Notes: generated from the sequence alone by a model not told the origin. DNA of 64,000 nucleotides from Obrimoposthia wandeli (GCA_977020255.1 CDROCS010001647.1:1-64000); one strand, 5' to 3'. Counted from the first letter of the stretch, positions 41,144 through 51,359 are shown. Made by a program: numbers and translations.

Positions 41144-42121
41144 TTACGCTGTTAACGTGATCTTACCTACTGATTTACCTGAACCTAGGTGATCATGTGC
41201 TTGTGCTACTTCCCAGATAGTGAAGTTACTGTCGTCAATGATTGGCGTGATCTTACCTGCATCAACAAGCGTTGCAATTTCAGTTAAGATACGGCCGTGT
41301 GATTCGTGGTTAATGCCGTGACATAACGGGATCAACATTAATACACTGTGGAATGACAAGCTTTTAAGTGCCACTTGTAATACATTTTCAATCGGTAGAA
41401 TAGTAGCTACATGACCGTTATATTTAGCTGCTTCAAATGATTTTTGAATGTTGTCGCCAGCCACAGTATCAAAGATCTTATCAAAACCAGTACCGCCTGT
41501 GTGCGCTTGTACATAGTCAGCTACTGTTGCTGTAGTGAAATCAACTAAGTTATCTGCACCCAGTGTTTTCGCTAGTTCAGCATTCGCTGGAGAGTGCGTT
41601 GACGTTACTGTTGCGCCAAGTACTTTTGCAAGTTGTACTGCGATGTGACCAACGCCACCTGTAGCACCATGAATAAGTACATTGTCACCAGCTTGCACAT
41701 TCATTTTATGTACGAGTGCTTCATATGATGTGATAGCAACCAGTGGTAATGCAGCCGCTTGTTTCATGGTTAATGTTTTAGGCTTTAATGCCATTAGACG
41801 GGCATCAACTAACATGAATTCTGCTAGTGCACCGTCAACGCCATTAATACCGCCTGCCATGCCGTAAACTTCGTCGCCAACATTGAAGTTTGCAACGTCT
41901 TCACTTACTTCAACAACGATACCGGCAACATCACCGTGTAATACTTCAGGTAAGTTAGCAGACCAAGGTAGTTCAATTGAACGCAGCATAGTATCGAGTG
42001 GGTTAACACTTGTTGCTTTAACTTCAACAACCATGTGACCTGATTTTAATGTTGGTTTTGCTTTTTCTACTAATTGAAAAACGTCGCTTGCACCGATTTC
42101 TTTAATGATCATTGCTTTCAT
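41144..42121 (-). CDS. MDR-family (zinc-type ADH/quinone) oxidoreductase
   Basis: VKATSVNPLD, GDVAGIV, IHGATGGVGH, GKITL. Confidence 0.93.
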   Translation of the reverse strand: MKAMIIKEIGASDVFQLVEKAKPTLKSGHMVVEVKATSVNPLDTMLRSIELPWSANLPEVLHGDVAGIVVEVSEDVANFNVGDEVYGMAGGINGVDGALAEFMLVDARLMALKPKTLTMKQAAALPLVAITSYEALVHKMNVQAGDNVLIHGATGGVGHIAVQLAKVLGATVTSTHSPANAELAKTLGADNLVDFTTATVADYVQAHTGGTGFDKIFDTVAGDNIQKSFEAAKYNGHVATILPIENVLQVALKSLSFHSVLMLIPLCHGINHESHGRILTEIATLVDAGKITPIIDDSNFTIWEVAQAHDHLGSGKSVGKITLTA

Positions 42122-42280
42122 GGTTGCTGCCTTTTGATGTAATTATTGGGACTTGCTTAACAAGATGGCGCTATTCTATGTTTTGTGCAGTCAACCAACA
42201 ATTACCCAACAAGCAAACTACCTTTGCTTTTTAGGCAAAGGTGATAATTTCTTTAATGGGGAAGGTCGCGTAAATATCTT

Positions 42281-43210
42281 TTACTGTTGCTGGTAATAGA
42301 TAAAAATACGCTCGCCTATTTCAGCAATAGCTTGATTAAGTTGTGTAATTGGCTTACCTGTTTGTCCCAAATAAATAGTGATAATGAGTGGGGCGTGATC
42401 TTCGGACCAAACTGCAGCTGTTATACCTCTTGAACCATGATTAGAATCGTAACCTGAACGATCGGCAATAGACCATTGGCTTGGTAATGTTGCGCGCAGT
42501 AGTGAGTCAGATACTTTATTGTTGACCATCCATTGCTTTAATTTTAGTGCTGATTGTGTCGAAAGAGCACCTTTATAAAGTAATTTCGCAAGTGTATTAG
42601 CCATTGCATTTGGGGTCGTTGTATCACGGATTTCATTGATATCAACGTTATTAAGGAAAGGTTCTATGCGATCTAATCGTGTCGTTGAATCATTTAACTC
42701 ACGTATAAATGCAGTGAGAGCAGTCGGACCGCCAATGTGGCGCAAAATAATGTTAGCAGCGGTATTATCGCTTGATAACATAGTCGCTTCACAAACTTCG
42801 CTTAAGGTCATCGTTTTTCCAACCATCGTTTTGGTGATGGGTGCGTATGATAAAATATCTGATTGCTTGATCGTGATAGGGGTATTGAGATCGATTCGCT
42901 TGTTATCGGCATCATAGAGTAATTTCGCACATGCTAATGTTTTGAATGTACTCATTAATGGAAAGCGATCATCACCATTGTAGTGCCATTGCTGGCCTGT
43001 TGTTATGTCTAGAATAGAGAGACCAATACCTGCACTATCTTCTGTATTTTCAAATAGCTGTTGTTCTATTTTTTTGATGCTGGGTAATAAGCTCTCGATA
43101 GGATCTGTCGGGTTTATCGTTGTGGCTGAAGTTGATCCTATTGATGATAAAATGGTAATGATCAATATAATGTGATTAATAAATGCTTTTGAGATTAGTC
43201 GGGAATTCAA
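42281..43210 (-). CDS. Class A beta-lactamase, CARB/PSE-like
   Basis: RFPLMSTFK (SxxK), SDN, DRIEPFLN (Glu166/Asn170), DTTTP, IADRSG (Arg234 variant of KTG); signal peptide; TTG start. Confidence 0.93.
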   Translation of the reverse strand: MNSRLISKAFINHIILIITILSSIGSTSATTINPTDPIESLLPSIKKIEQQLFENTEDSAGIGLSILDITTGQQWHYNGDDRFPLMSTFKTLACAKLLYDADNKRIDLNTPITIKQSDILSYAPITKTMVGKTMTLSEVCEATMLSSDNTAANIILRHIGGPTALTAFIRELNDSTTRLDRIEPFLNNVDINEIRDTTTPNAMANTLAKLLYKGALSTQSALKLKQWMVNNKVSDSLLRATLPSQWSIADRSGYDSNHGSRGITAAVWSEDHAPLIITIYLGQTGKPITQLNQAIAEIGERIFIYYQQQ

Positions 43211-43309
43211 GTTGATATGCTCATGGTAAGTGTATTTAGATCGGCATTATATAATCAAATAGTGGCAATAATGTGTCAGTGTATGTCAATATTATGATTT
43301 ATATATGCC

Positions 43310-44521
43310 TTACGTATTTAGCGTTATGTTATCTAGGCTGAGCCGAGAACTAGACACATGCCTTAATGCAAAGACCAAGGCGACCATCAAAGTTTGTATG
43401 ATAGACGTTGCGCCTAATACCATCCACCATCCACCGACTTGCCAGCAATAAATAAGAATAAAACCACCGACACTACCGCCAGAATAATACATCACCAGGT
43501 ATAGCGCGGTTGCCGTTGATTTACCTTGTGTGGCACTGCGGCCAATGTGGCTGTAAGCAAGTGCATGAATAAAGAATGCCCCTGCGCTTAATACCAGTAA
43601 ACCAATAATGATGGTTAGCATCGTTTGCACCGATAAGATCATCAGCCCAAGCAGACTAATACCGATACCGAGTAATAAGCCGCTGAATAAGGAATGGTTG
43701 TGCATCCAACGACCGCTTAATTTGGCGGATAAAGTGCCACTGAGGTAACACAAGAACACCAATGATAATAAACTGGCAGGTAAAGAAATAGGCGCTGCAG
43801 ATAGCTTAAATCCCATCACTGAAAATATATTAATGAATACCGAAAAGTTCAGCCCACCAATCAACATGGCAAAAAATAGCCTTGGTGTGTTGATATGCTT
43901 AAGCAGTTGTTTGCCGTGATGAGATAGGCGTCCTTGTTGGGCGACAAAATGACGTTGTTTTAATATCAGCGGGAAGATGATCAGCAGCGCGATAACACTG
44001 AGTATCGACATTGCAAGAATGGTCCATTGTAGTCCGATTGCATCTGTCATTACCCCGCCATATATACGACCAATAATTCCGCCTAGCGTGTTGGCGCTAA
44101 TATAACCTCCAACCGCGATAATCAGTGCCGCTGGTGCCAATTCTTCAGCCATATAAGCGACAGCGACAGCAATGAACCCTGCCAGCGCGATACCAAGTAA
44201 CGCCCGCAATATAATTAAGGTTTGTAAGTCTGGACTGATAAACATCAAAAAATTAATACAGGGAATTAGTACTAAACTGCAACGCATGATGGGGCGGCGG
44301 CCTATGACTTCAGACAAGATTGCCCAAGGTAATAGCGATACTGCGACGGCTAAAGTCGTGCTAGAGAATAACCAATTAACTTGTAATTCAGTGGCGTTAA
44401 ACTTAACCATGAAATAGGGCAGTAATGGTTGGAAATAATATAAATTGCAAAATACCAGAAATGAACCGAGTCCAAGTCCTAATGTTACTTTTTTATAATC
44501 TTGAGAATGCAGTGCAATCAT
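43310..44521 (-). CDS. MFS transporter (YnfM-like)
   Basis: LYYFQPLLP, LSEVIGRRPIM, AVAYMAEE, YISANTLGGIIGR. Confidence 0.9.
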   Translation of the reverse strand: MIALHSQDYKKVTLGLGLGSFLVFCNLYYFQPLLPYFMVKFNATELQVNWLFSSTTLAVAVSLLPWAILSEVIGRRPIMRCSLVLIPCINFLMFISPDLQTLIILRALLGIALAGFIAVAVAYMAEELAPAALIIAVGGYISANTLGGIIGRIYGGVMTDAIGLQWTILAMSILSVIALLIIFPLILKQRHFVAQQGRLSHHGKQLLKHINTPRLFFAMLIGGLNFSVFINIFSVMGFKLSAAPISLPASLLSLVFLCYLSGTLSAKLSGRWMHNHSLFSGLLLGIGISLLGLMILSVQTMLTIIIGLLVLSAGAFFIHALAYSHIGRSATQGKSTATALYLVMYYSGGSVGGFILIYCWQVGGWWMVLGATSIIQTLMVALVFALRHVSSSRLSLDNITLNT

Positions 44522-44695
44522 TCATCCGTCCTGCTGATGCTAAGTTGATAGCTAGGGTAATAACAAAGGAAATAGTGAAGCCGATAGCATGATCACCTTT
44601 ATTCGGCTCATGTACTACTAACAATGGTTATAGAGTAGAGGAGTAATGCTAATATGAAAAATATATAAAGATCATGGAAGGTATCTATTTTAGTT

Positions 44696-45574
44696 ATGCT
44701 TAATTCTAAAATATTGCATTATTTCGCCACTATTGTTGCACAGGGCAGTTATACCAAGGCCGCCGAGCATTTGGGTATCGCCCAATCGGCGCTGAGTATT
44801 GCTATGCGTAAGTTTGAAGATCAACTCGGCATGCCGTTATTGATCCGTAGCAGTAAGGGCGTTGTTGTGACCAAAGAAGGTGAGGTACTGCTTGTCCACT
44901 GCAAAGATATTCTTGCTCGTATTAGCGATGCTGAAACGGCGTTAAATGATTTACGTGGTTTAGAACAAGGCGAGGTCAGTATTGGTATTCCTGGCATGAT
45001 GGGGTCGTATTTCTTTCCTGAAATACTCATGGCCTTTAAGTTTAAATACCCAAATTTAAAATTGAGTATTATAGAAGGTGGCACGCAAACCATTAAAGAA
45101 AAGCTACTCTCGGGTGAGTTAGATTTAGGCGTGATCGTCGATGATCATCTGCCGGATAGTTTACAAGTCCAACGTTTTGTACGTCCACAAATGGTCGCCG
45201 CTGTGGGTAAAAACCATGCCTTAGCAGGTGCCAAATCGGTGACTTATGCTGATTTTTTTACCCATGAATTAGTGATGTTTAAAGCCGGTTATTTTCATCG
45301 TGAAGTTATTGATGGTTTGTGCGAAGCCAATAATATGACAGTGAACTACTCTTTTGAAACCAACCTGATCACGATGATCTTGAATATCGTCAAGAATGAA
45401 TTTGCTATTACCGCACTGTTAGAGTTAGTCACAGATCAAGAAGCAGATGTAATGGGGATCCCGTTTGATCCGCCTATCTATTTGGATCTGGCGTTGGCAT
45501 GGCGTAAAGATGGTTATTTGTCTCTGGCGAACAGACGTTTTGTTGAGTTTACTTTGGCGCAAGTGAATAAATAG
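44696..45574 (+). CDS. LysR family regulator (divergent from YnfM-like MFS)
   Basis: GSYTKAAEHLGIAQSALS. Confidence 0.95.
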   Translation: MLNSKILHYFATIVAQGSYTKAAEHLGIAQSALSIAMRKFEDQLGMPLLIRSSKGVVVTKEGEVLLVHCKDILARISDAETALNDLRGLEQGEVSIGIPGMMGSYFFPEILMAFKFKYPNLKLSIIEGGTQTIKEKLLSGELDLGVIVDDHLPDSLQVQRFVRPQMVAAVGKNHALAGAKSVTYADFFTHELVMFKAGYFHREVIDGLCEANNMTVNYSFETNLITMILNIVKNEFAITALLELVTDQEADVMGIPFDPPIYLDLALAWRKDGYLSLANRRFVEFTLAQVNK

Positions 45575-45658
45575 TAAAATGGCTTTGAGCTGATATTTCT
45601 TCAAATAAATGAGCAATATTGTACTATTAAATAATGCTCCAATACGATAAGAAGCAAG

Positions 45659-46504
45659 ATGCCTAAAATAAGCAAAGAGAAAGCTGAATTTAAAATTGTA
45701 GATGCTTTTAACGGATTGGAAATTGTCGATGCTGATTATCAAGAACAGACATTTTCAAAACATGTCCATGAAGGTTATACAATAGGTGTGATTGATAAAG
45801 GGGCACAACGTTTTTATCGCAGTGGCAATACACATATAGCGGATGAAGATTCGATGATTCTAGTGAATGCTGATGATGTTCATACTGGCGAGTCTGCGAC
45901 ACTGGGAGGTTGGCGTTATCGCGCTATGTATCCGCATCCCTCACATTTTGAGAGCATTACTCATGATCTCTATGATGGTAAATTACATGCGCCTTATTTT
46001 AGTAATGCGGTGATCAAAGATCCTCAATTATCAGAACAACTAAGATTACTCTTTGCTCAAATCGATAGTCATGCTTCGAAATTACTCATTGAGACAATTT
46101 TGTATAGCATCATGATGAATATGACCCTGCGTCATTCCTCAACAAGAGATACACCTTGTGATCTTTCTGGCAGTAAGCAGCGGCTGCTATTAGTTAAAGA
46201 GTATCTTGATGCATATCCTCAAGAAGATGTATCACTGGTAACGCTGGCGACGATGGCTGGATTAAGTCAATTTCATTTTATCCGTCAATTTAAAAAACAG
46301 TTCCATATGGCTCCCCATAGTTACCAGATTCAAGTTCGACTAAAGAAAGCTAAATCATTATTAATGTTAGGTATTAAGCCCGTTGAAGTTGCTGTTGATT
46401 GTGGTTTTCACGATCAGAGCCATTTCAATCGCCATTTTAAAAGATCGATGGGAACATCCCCGAGTAAATTTCAAAAACAAGCAGTTTTGTACAAGATGAC
46501 TTAG
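45659..46504 (+). CDS. AraC family regulator
   Basis: FSKHVHEGYTIG cupin; LSQFHFIRQFKK, GFHDQSHFNRHFK. Confidence 0.95.
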   Translation: MPKISKEKAEFKIVDAFNGLEIVDADYQEQTFSKHVHEGYTIGVIDKGAQRFYRSGNTHIADEDSMILVNADDVHTGESATLGGWRYRAMYPHPSHFESITHDLYDGKLHAPYFSNAVIKDPQLSEQLRLLFAQIDSHASKLLIETILYSIMMNMTLRHSSTRDTPCDLSGSKQRLLLVKEYLDAYPQEDVSLVTLATMAGLSQFHFIRQFKKQFHMAPHSYQIQVRLKKAKSLLMLGIKPVEVAVDCGFHDQSHFNRHFKRSMGTSPSKFQKQAVLYKMT

Positions 46505-46547
46505 TTTTTTATTCTAAGCTGCTTCTAAATTTTGAAGGGGTTTATTT

Positions 46548-47276
46548 ATGTTAAATGAAACTGATGTTGTTGCTAGCTCAAGAACAAACGATGTGAGAGT
46601 AATGAGCGGTGCGGTAATCGATATTATGCCGTTAGCATTGGCGACGGTACCGTGGGGGATTTTGTGCGGTTCATTAGCAATTAAAATTGGACTCACCGCT
46701 ATTCAGGCTCAACTGATGTCGCTATTGGTTTTTGCTGGAGCTGCACAACTTGCTAGCATAACGATAATGGGCGCAACTGGCGCCATTTCATCTATTTTTT
46801 CATCTACGTTTGTGATCAGTTCTCGGCATCTTTTATATTCAGCGGTGTTTAGAGAACATGTTCGACAGCGATCTTTTTTATCTCGAATTTGTATTGCATT
46901 TTTTCTAACGGATGAAATGTTTGCTGTCACTTGCGCTTATATTGAGAAGCACAGAGTTTTCTCTGCGTTATATGCCTTAAGCGCTGGTATTACGTTTTAT
47001 GTGGTTTGGAATTTGTCGACTTTCGCAGGTATTGTTGCGGGTCAATACATACCAAATCTAGAGAGTATGGGGTTAGAGTTTGCGATAGCGGCGACTTTTA
47101 TTGCCATCGTTATTCCCACCATTAAAGATGTTTCAATATTGATTTCTGCCGTCGTGAGTGGTTTTAGCGTCTTATTATTCTCAATTTACATACCTGACTA
47201 TGCGTTGATAGTGGCTACTTTTTGTGGGATGTTAGCGGGCTATTTAAATCCGATGAAGGAGTATGATAATGGATAA
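46548..47276 (+). CDS. azlC: AzlC family branched-chain amino acid exporter subunit
   Basis: LVFAGAAQ, SRHLLYS, FLTDEMFA, GLEFA. Confidence 0.9.
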   Translation: MLNETDVVASSRTNDVRVMSGAVIDIMPLALATVPWGILCGSLAIKIGLTAIQAQLMSLLVFAGAAQLASITIMGATGAISSIFSSTFVISSRHLLYSAVFREHVRQRSFLSRICIAFFLTDEMFAVTCAYIEKHRVFSALYALSAGITFYVVWNLSTFAGIVAGQYIPNLESMGLEFAIAATFIAIVIPTIKDVSILISAVVSGFSVLLFSIYIPDYALIVATFCGMLAGYLNPMKEYDNG

Positions 47277-47589
47277 TTTTTGGTTGGTTTTAGCTGTGAT
47301 GACATGTATTACTTTTTCATGTCGCTATTTGTTTTTATCGCGAACTATTTCATTTGAATTAAATCCGAGAATTAAGCGTGTTTTAAGTTTTACCGCTCCT
47401 GCGGTATTAACTGCAATGTGGATGCCGATTGTATTCCAGGGGCATACCGCTAGTGATGTCGCATTTTTCAATAGCCCTTTCTTGTATGCAGGTTTATTTA
47501 CCGTGTTATTAAGTTTGAAAATGAAAAATACTTTAGCTGTGGTATTTCTGGGAATGTCTGCTTTTGTAATTTTTAGGATTATCTTATAG
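47263..47589 (+). CDS. azlD: AzlD family membrane subunit
   Basis: Overlaps azlC; TFSCRYLF, LSFTAPAVLTAM. Confidence 0.88.
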   Translation: MIMDNFWLVLAVMTCITFSCRYLFLSRTISFELNPRIKRVLSFTAPAVLTAMWMPIVFQGHTASDVAFFNSPFLYAGLFTVLLSLKMKNTLAVVFLGMSAFVIFRIIL

Positions 47590-47650
47590 ATATATAGTCT
47601 TAAATGTTTTATATATTATAGGATTACAAATCTGTTGTAGAGGTAGGGAT

Positions 47651-48172
47651 ATGTTAATAACCACAGAGCGTTTAACGATGCGTCAAATTACCGAGTCTGA
47701 TTGGCCGCTATTTTTGCGTTTAAATACAGAACAAAGTGTTATCGAAAAATGTTTTGATCAACCTTGTGTTGATGATGTTCGCGCTAGATTTGATTCACGT
47801 TTACCACGCTGGTCGGTGACGTCTGGTGCTTGGCTGTGTTTGGTTATCATTGATAGTGAGACTAATCAGGCTGTTGGGATCACTGGTTTTGATTATGATG
47901 GTCGATCTGCAGAAGTCGGTTATCTGTTATTACCGGAATATTTTGGACTGGGTTATGCGACTGAATCATTACAGGGCGTTATCGCTTGGGCAGCACGTGT
48001 GCATTTGATATCTCTATTTCAAGGTATTGTGACAGAGGGGAATGTTGATTCAGAAAAGGTATTAGCTAAGTGTGGCTTTAAGTTACACGAGGTGATCGCG
48101 GATGCTTATCGTATCGGTGGCGTATTATACGCGGATCGGATTTATAAGCTGAATACCGCTTCACTCGATTAA
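47651..48172 (+). CDS. GNAT (RimJ/RimL-type) acetyltransferase
   Basis: TERLTMR, AEVGYLLLPEYFGLGYATE, N..S.KVL.KCGF. Confidence 0.92.
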   Translation: MLITTERLTMRQITESDWPLFLRLNTEQSVIEKCFDQPCVDDVRARFDSRLPRWSVTSGAWLCLVIIDSETNQAVGITGFDYDGRSAEVGYLLLPEYFGLGYATESLQGVIAWAARVHLISLFQGIVTEGNVDSEKVLAKCGFKLHEVIADAYRIGGVLYADRIYKLNTASLD

Positions 48173-48202
48173 TAAGTGAAGGGCATTCAGCTGTAATTAT
48201 TA

Positions 48203-49240
48203 CTAAGCAGCTTGTGTGTTTTCTACGGTATTATCAGTGCTATTTATAACGCCATCTATAGCGCTATCTATAATGTTAGCGCTTGACTGAATTGCTGGTG
48301 GATTCATTAACCATGGCGTTAAATTGTTTGCCATTGTAACTTCACTTTCATCCAACCACTGGTAGCGTTTGGTATACATTTTACGCTTGGTTTTCTTCAG
48401 TGTTAGAGGATCTTTTCGGGGCGTAAATACAGGTAAGCCATAGAAGTAAGTGTCTATTTTAGTCGCTTCAAACTCGTCCCACAGACCATCATAATCGAAA
48501 GTAACAGAGCTACGTTTCGAGCCGATATAACGTAATGCTTGGTAGATATGGCCTTTGTTGGAAATCGCTTTTACTTCATCGACGCCTAAAACTCGAGCTA
48601 GCATTAAGGCCATTTCAACGAGTAATGATTTAGTGCGTAAACCGTGTAATGATTTGGTTAATACCTTAATCAATGCGTGACGATCTTCGATTGAATCTCG
48701 TGGGCCTTGTAGCATACCGATATGCATTGTTTTAGTTGTAGTACCTGAAATGTTACAGGCTAAAGCATACACACTTTGGTCTTTGTCATTCACTAAACGA
48801 ATACCTAGGCCACCTTCACGGCTGGCTCCGCGATATAGTTGCACACGGTATGTGTCCCCGTTTAAGCTTTCAAAGTCTAAAATTGTTATCCCTTTACTAG
48901 AAATAACGGCATTTGAGTTTTTGCCAAAGGTATCATCAATATATTGATAATGTTCCGTAATATGTTTGATGCGCTCTGAATTAGACCAATTTACGCAAAG
49001 AAAAGGCTTTAAAGGTTTTTCTAGGATCTCGGGATTGTTGGCTAAAATTGGCTTTAAATTATCATTAGCAAACAAAGTTGTCATTGCTTCGATGGCTTTA
49101 CCGTTAGTCGCTGCCCAAAAGTAGAATCTCGCTTTCTTTTTTATTTTCTTCAGGCCTTTGCTTTTTGGGTAAATCAGGTCGGCGAGTTCAGAGAGATTAG
49201 TTTTAGACATCGATTTTTTGTTCCTAGTAAACCACCTCAC
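48203..49240 (-). CDS. VirK/YbjX (DUF535) family protein, copy A (start may be 49210)
   Basis: KPLKPFL..NW...R...I..HY, REGGLGI, IGMLQG, K.LHGLRTK.LL, DYD.LWDE, KRKMYTKRY.WLD. Confidence 0.88.
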   Translation of the reverse strand: MRWFTRNKKSMSKTNLSELADLIYPKSKGLKKIKKKARFYFWAATNGKAIEAMTTLFANDNLKPILANNPEILEKPLKPFLCVNWSNSERIKHITEHYQYIDDTFGKNSNAVISSKGITILDFESLNGDTYRVQLYRGASREGGLGIRLVNDKDQSVYALACNISGTTTKTMHIGMLQGPRDSIEDRHALIKVLTKSLHGLRTKSLLVEMALMLARVLGVDEVKAISNKGHIYQALRYIGSKRSSVTFDYDGLWDEFEATKIDTYFYGLPVFTPRKDPLTLKKTKRKMYTKRYQWLDESEVTMANNLTPWLMNPPAIQSSANIIDSAIDGVINSTDNTVENTQAA

Positions 49241-49554
49241 AGCGGATGATTTATATGTATATTTAAAGTTGAAGTGCGTATTTTCATTGCTATATCATGT
49301 TATGACTGCGCAATAATCGAGAGCACACTATCAGCGGTTATGTCGAATATATGTGAAATTTAGCGTTATTGTCTATTTAACTGTTCAAGCGCAGCGTAAC
49401 TGCTTAGTTAATAATACTTAAACCACTAAATTTCACTAAGGAAATATTTGTAAGCATCTGTCAGTGATCTGTTTTGGAGAAGCCAACAGCATCGCTATAG
49501 AGGTTATGCTGTTAGCTGTAGTGAGGATGTAAAATATGATTTGATAGAAAAGTA

Positions 49555-49893
49555 CTATTGTATGCAAACACCCTTCATTAATATTTTGTTATACCAACTT
49601 AAAAAACTATGGTCGGTAGAATATTGCGTGCTTACTGCCGTCAATTCACCATCACACTGGGCTATAAGTGATTGGCGGGCTTCATCAACATAGTTGGTGT
49701 TCGCGGCAAAGCCTAAAATCACATGTTGTTTAGTACTTGCTTCGACGTATTTATAATCGAGACCTGCTGGGATCACTTGATCAAAACCGTCGGTGTTTAC
49801 CATGTGAATACTACTGGTGCAGCCATTTAATAACAGTACTGCAGACAGTAATACCAAGGTGCTAAATGTATTTTTTATCACGCTATTTATCAC
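49555..49893 (-). CDS. Hypothetical lipoprotein L3 (third of a paralogous trio)
   Basis: Lipobox LNGC; GTG start overlaps the TGA of L2; QC...C pair. Confidence 0.8.
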   Translation of the reverse strand: MINSVIKNTFSTLVLLSAVLLLNGCTSSIHMVNTDGFDQVIPAGLDYKYVEASTKQHVILGFAANTNYVDEARQSLIAQCDGELTAVSTQYSTDHSFLSWYNKILMKGVCIQ

Positions 49894-50204
49894 ATTCTGT
49901 CCTTAGGTAGGCTGCAATACCCACTGACGATGACTTCGCGTTTAAATACTAGAAGATAACTAGTGGTTTGGTGTTTTGTAAAGACACCACTGATTTTACC
50001 ACCAACACATTGGTCTTTTAAATTATCTACAGCTCTGTCGGCAAAGTCATTTTGTGTGGTGAAATTGAGGAATACCCAGTCATGTGCATTAGCTTCAACA
50101 AGCTGGCCTTTGTCTTTTGGGATTTGCGTCATTGATACTGTGTTTAAACCAACACAGCCACTGAGTGTTAGGACGATAAATAGTAAACAAAATTTACGGA
50201 TCAT
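49890..50204 (-). CDS. Hypothetical lipoprotein L2
   Basis: RBS TAAGGA overlapping the L1 stop, ATG 50204, lipobox LSGC; QC...C pair. Confidence 0.82.
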   Translation of the reverse strand: MIRKFCLLFIVLTLSGCVGLNTVSMTQIPKDKGQLVEANAHDWVFLNFTTQNDFADRAVDNLKDQCVGGKISGVFTKHQTTSYLLVFKREVIVSGYCSLPKDRM

Positions 50205-50214
50205 GATTAATTCC

Positions 50215-50631
50215 TTAGAGTATACAATCGGCATCGATACGCACAATTTCACCACTCGCAATGGCATAATCATTAGCTTCTCGAACACTACGAATGGCGG
50301 TTATTTTGCCGGATTGGCATTGTGCATGGAGTTGGTTTAGTACGTTTTGAGCATAAGCATCATTAAATACCGGGTTACCTGTTCTAGGTCCCATATTCAT
50401 AAGGGCCCAGATAGTTCTGAGAGCTTCCACCTCATCACTGCCAGCTCCATTACTTAATACGGCGTCGGTAAGCGCTAAAGTCGCGTCTACATTGATGGTA
50501 TTTTCAGATACTTTGACTGAAATTGGCTTTAGCTTTCCCTGGCTCTGGTCTATATCACCGATCTGGATGTGATCCATGCGAGCGCAGGCTGAGAGCAATA
50601 ATATAGGGGTAAGCAACAAATATTTTTTCAT
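50215..50631 (-). CDS. Hypothetical lipoprotein L1
   Basis: Lipobox LSAC; QC...C pair; ~35 aa insertion relative to L2/L3. Confidence 0.82.
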   Translation of the reverse strand: MKKYLLLTPILLLSACARMDHIQIGDIDQSQGKLKPISVKVSENTINVDATLALTDAVLSNGAGSDEVEALRTIWALMNMGPRTGNPVFNDAYAQNVLNQLHAQCQSGKITAIRSVREANDYAIASGEIVRIDADCIL

Positions 50632-50766
50632 TGTAAATGTCCCATTGATGTAAGCGAACGAGTGGCTGACGCTACCTTTATTTAGTATTCGCCGGACTCG
50701 TTGTCATTTGTTTGTATAGAGATATTGTAAACAGGGCGGCCGCGTTTGGGGGTAAGCTTGTGTATG

Positions 50767-50782
50767 GATTTGTCAACAAATC
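50767..50782. promoter_or_regulatory. Palindromic operator-like site GATTTGT-CA-ACAAATC
   Basis: Perfect 7-2-7 inverted repeat containing a minus-strand TTGACA, between the divergent lipoprotein trio and PACE gene. Confidence 0.45.
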
Positions 50783-50939
50783 TACTGATGGAGTTTTATG
50801 TATCCGAAAAACGGATGGAAGCTAACTTTAAGTTGTGGTTAATTGAGATAGAATGACGGTCATAATAAAGTTTTAATAGTATATGCAGAGTAATTACGAT
50901 GATTACAGCATAAAGAATAATGATTTGGAGAAGACTGAA

Positions 50940-51359
50940 ATGAGAACAAGATTAGACCGTATTAGACACGCTATTTTATTTGAAATAATTGGCCTACTGG
51001 CAATCATGGGCGTGTTAAGCCAGCTTGGTTTTGAGCTCGGTCATGTCGGTGTCATGGGGGTATTGTTTTCGGTTGTCGCAACGGGTTGGAATTATGTTTA
51101 TAACTTAGGTTTTGATAAGTACATGTTGAAAAAAATGGGTACGGTAACCAAAACAACCCTGATCCGTGTTGTGCATAGCCTTGGTTTTGAAGGCGGTTTG
51201 CTGTTTCTTACTATCCCGTTTATGGCATGGTTTTTAGATCTGAGCTTATGGGATGCATTTGTGCTTGATATCGGTATGGTAGTGTTCTATTTGTTTTACG
51301 CTTATGGCTACAACTTAGCGTATGACAAGATATTCCCAGTGCCGACGACTACGGCATAA
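50940..51359 (+). CDS. PACE (AceI-like) efflux transporter, second copy
   Basis: MRTRLDRIRHAILFEIIG, WNYVYNLGFD, RVVHSLGFEGG, YNLAYD. Confidence 0.92.
   Translation: MRTRLDRIRHAILFEIIGLLAIMGVLSQLGFELGHVGVMGVLFSVVATGWNYVYNLGFDKYMLKKMGTVTKTTLIRVVHSLGFEGGLLFLTIPFMAWFLDLSLWDAFVLDIGMVVFYLFYAYGYNLAYDKIFPVPTTTA

Noticed and set aside
50658-50701. Lipoprotein-operon leader hairpin (ACGAGU/ACUCGU) containing UCCGGC and GGUAGCG, resembling the P2 arm of a c-di-GMP-I riboswitch
   Set aside because: No upstream P1 with GGCAAAC/GNRA loop or GACGCAAA junction; at most a plain hairpin. An Rfam cmscan would settle it.
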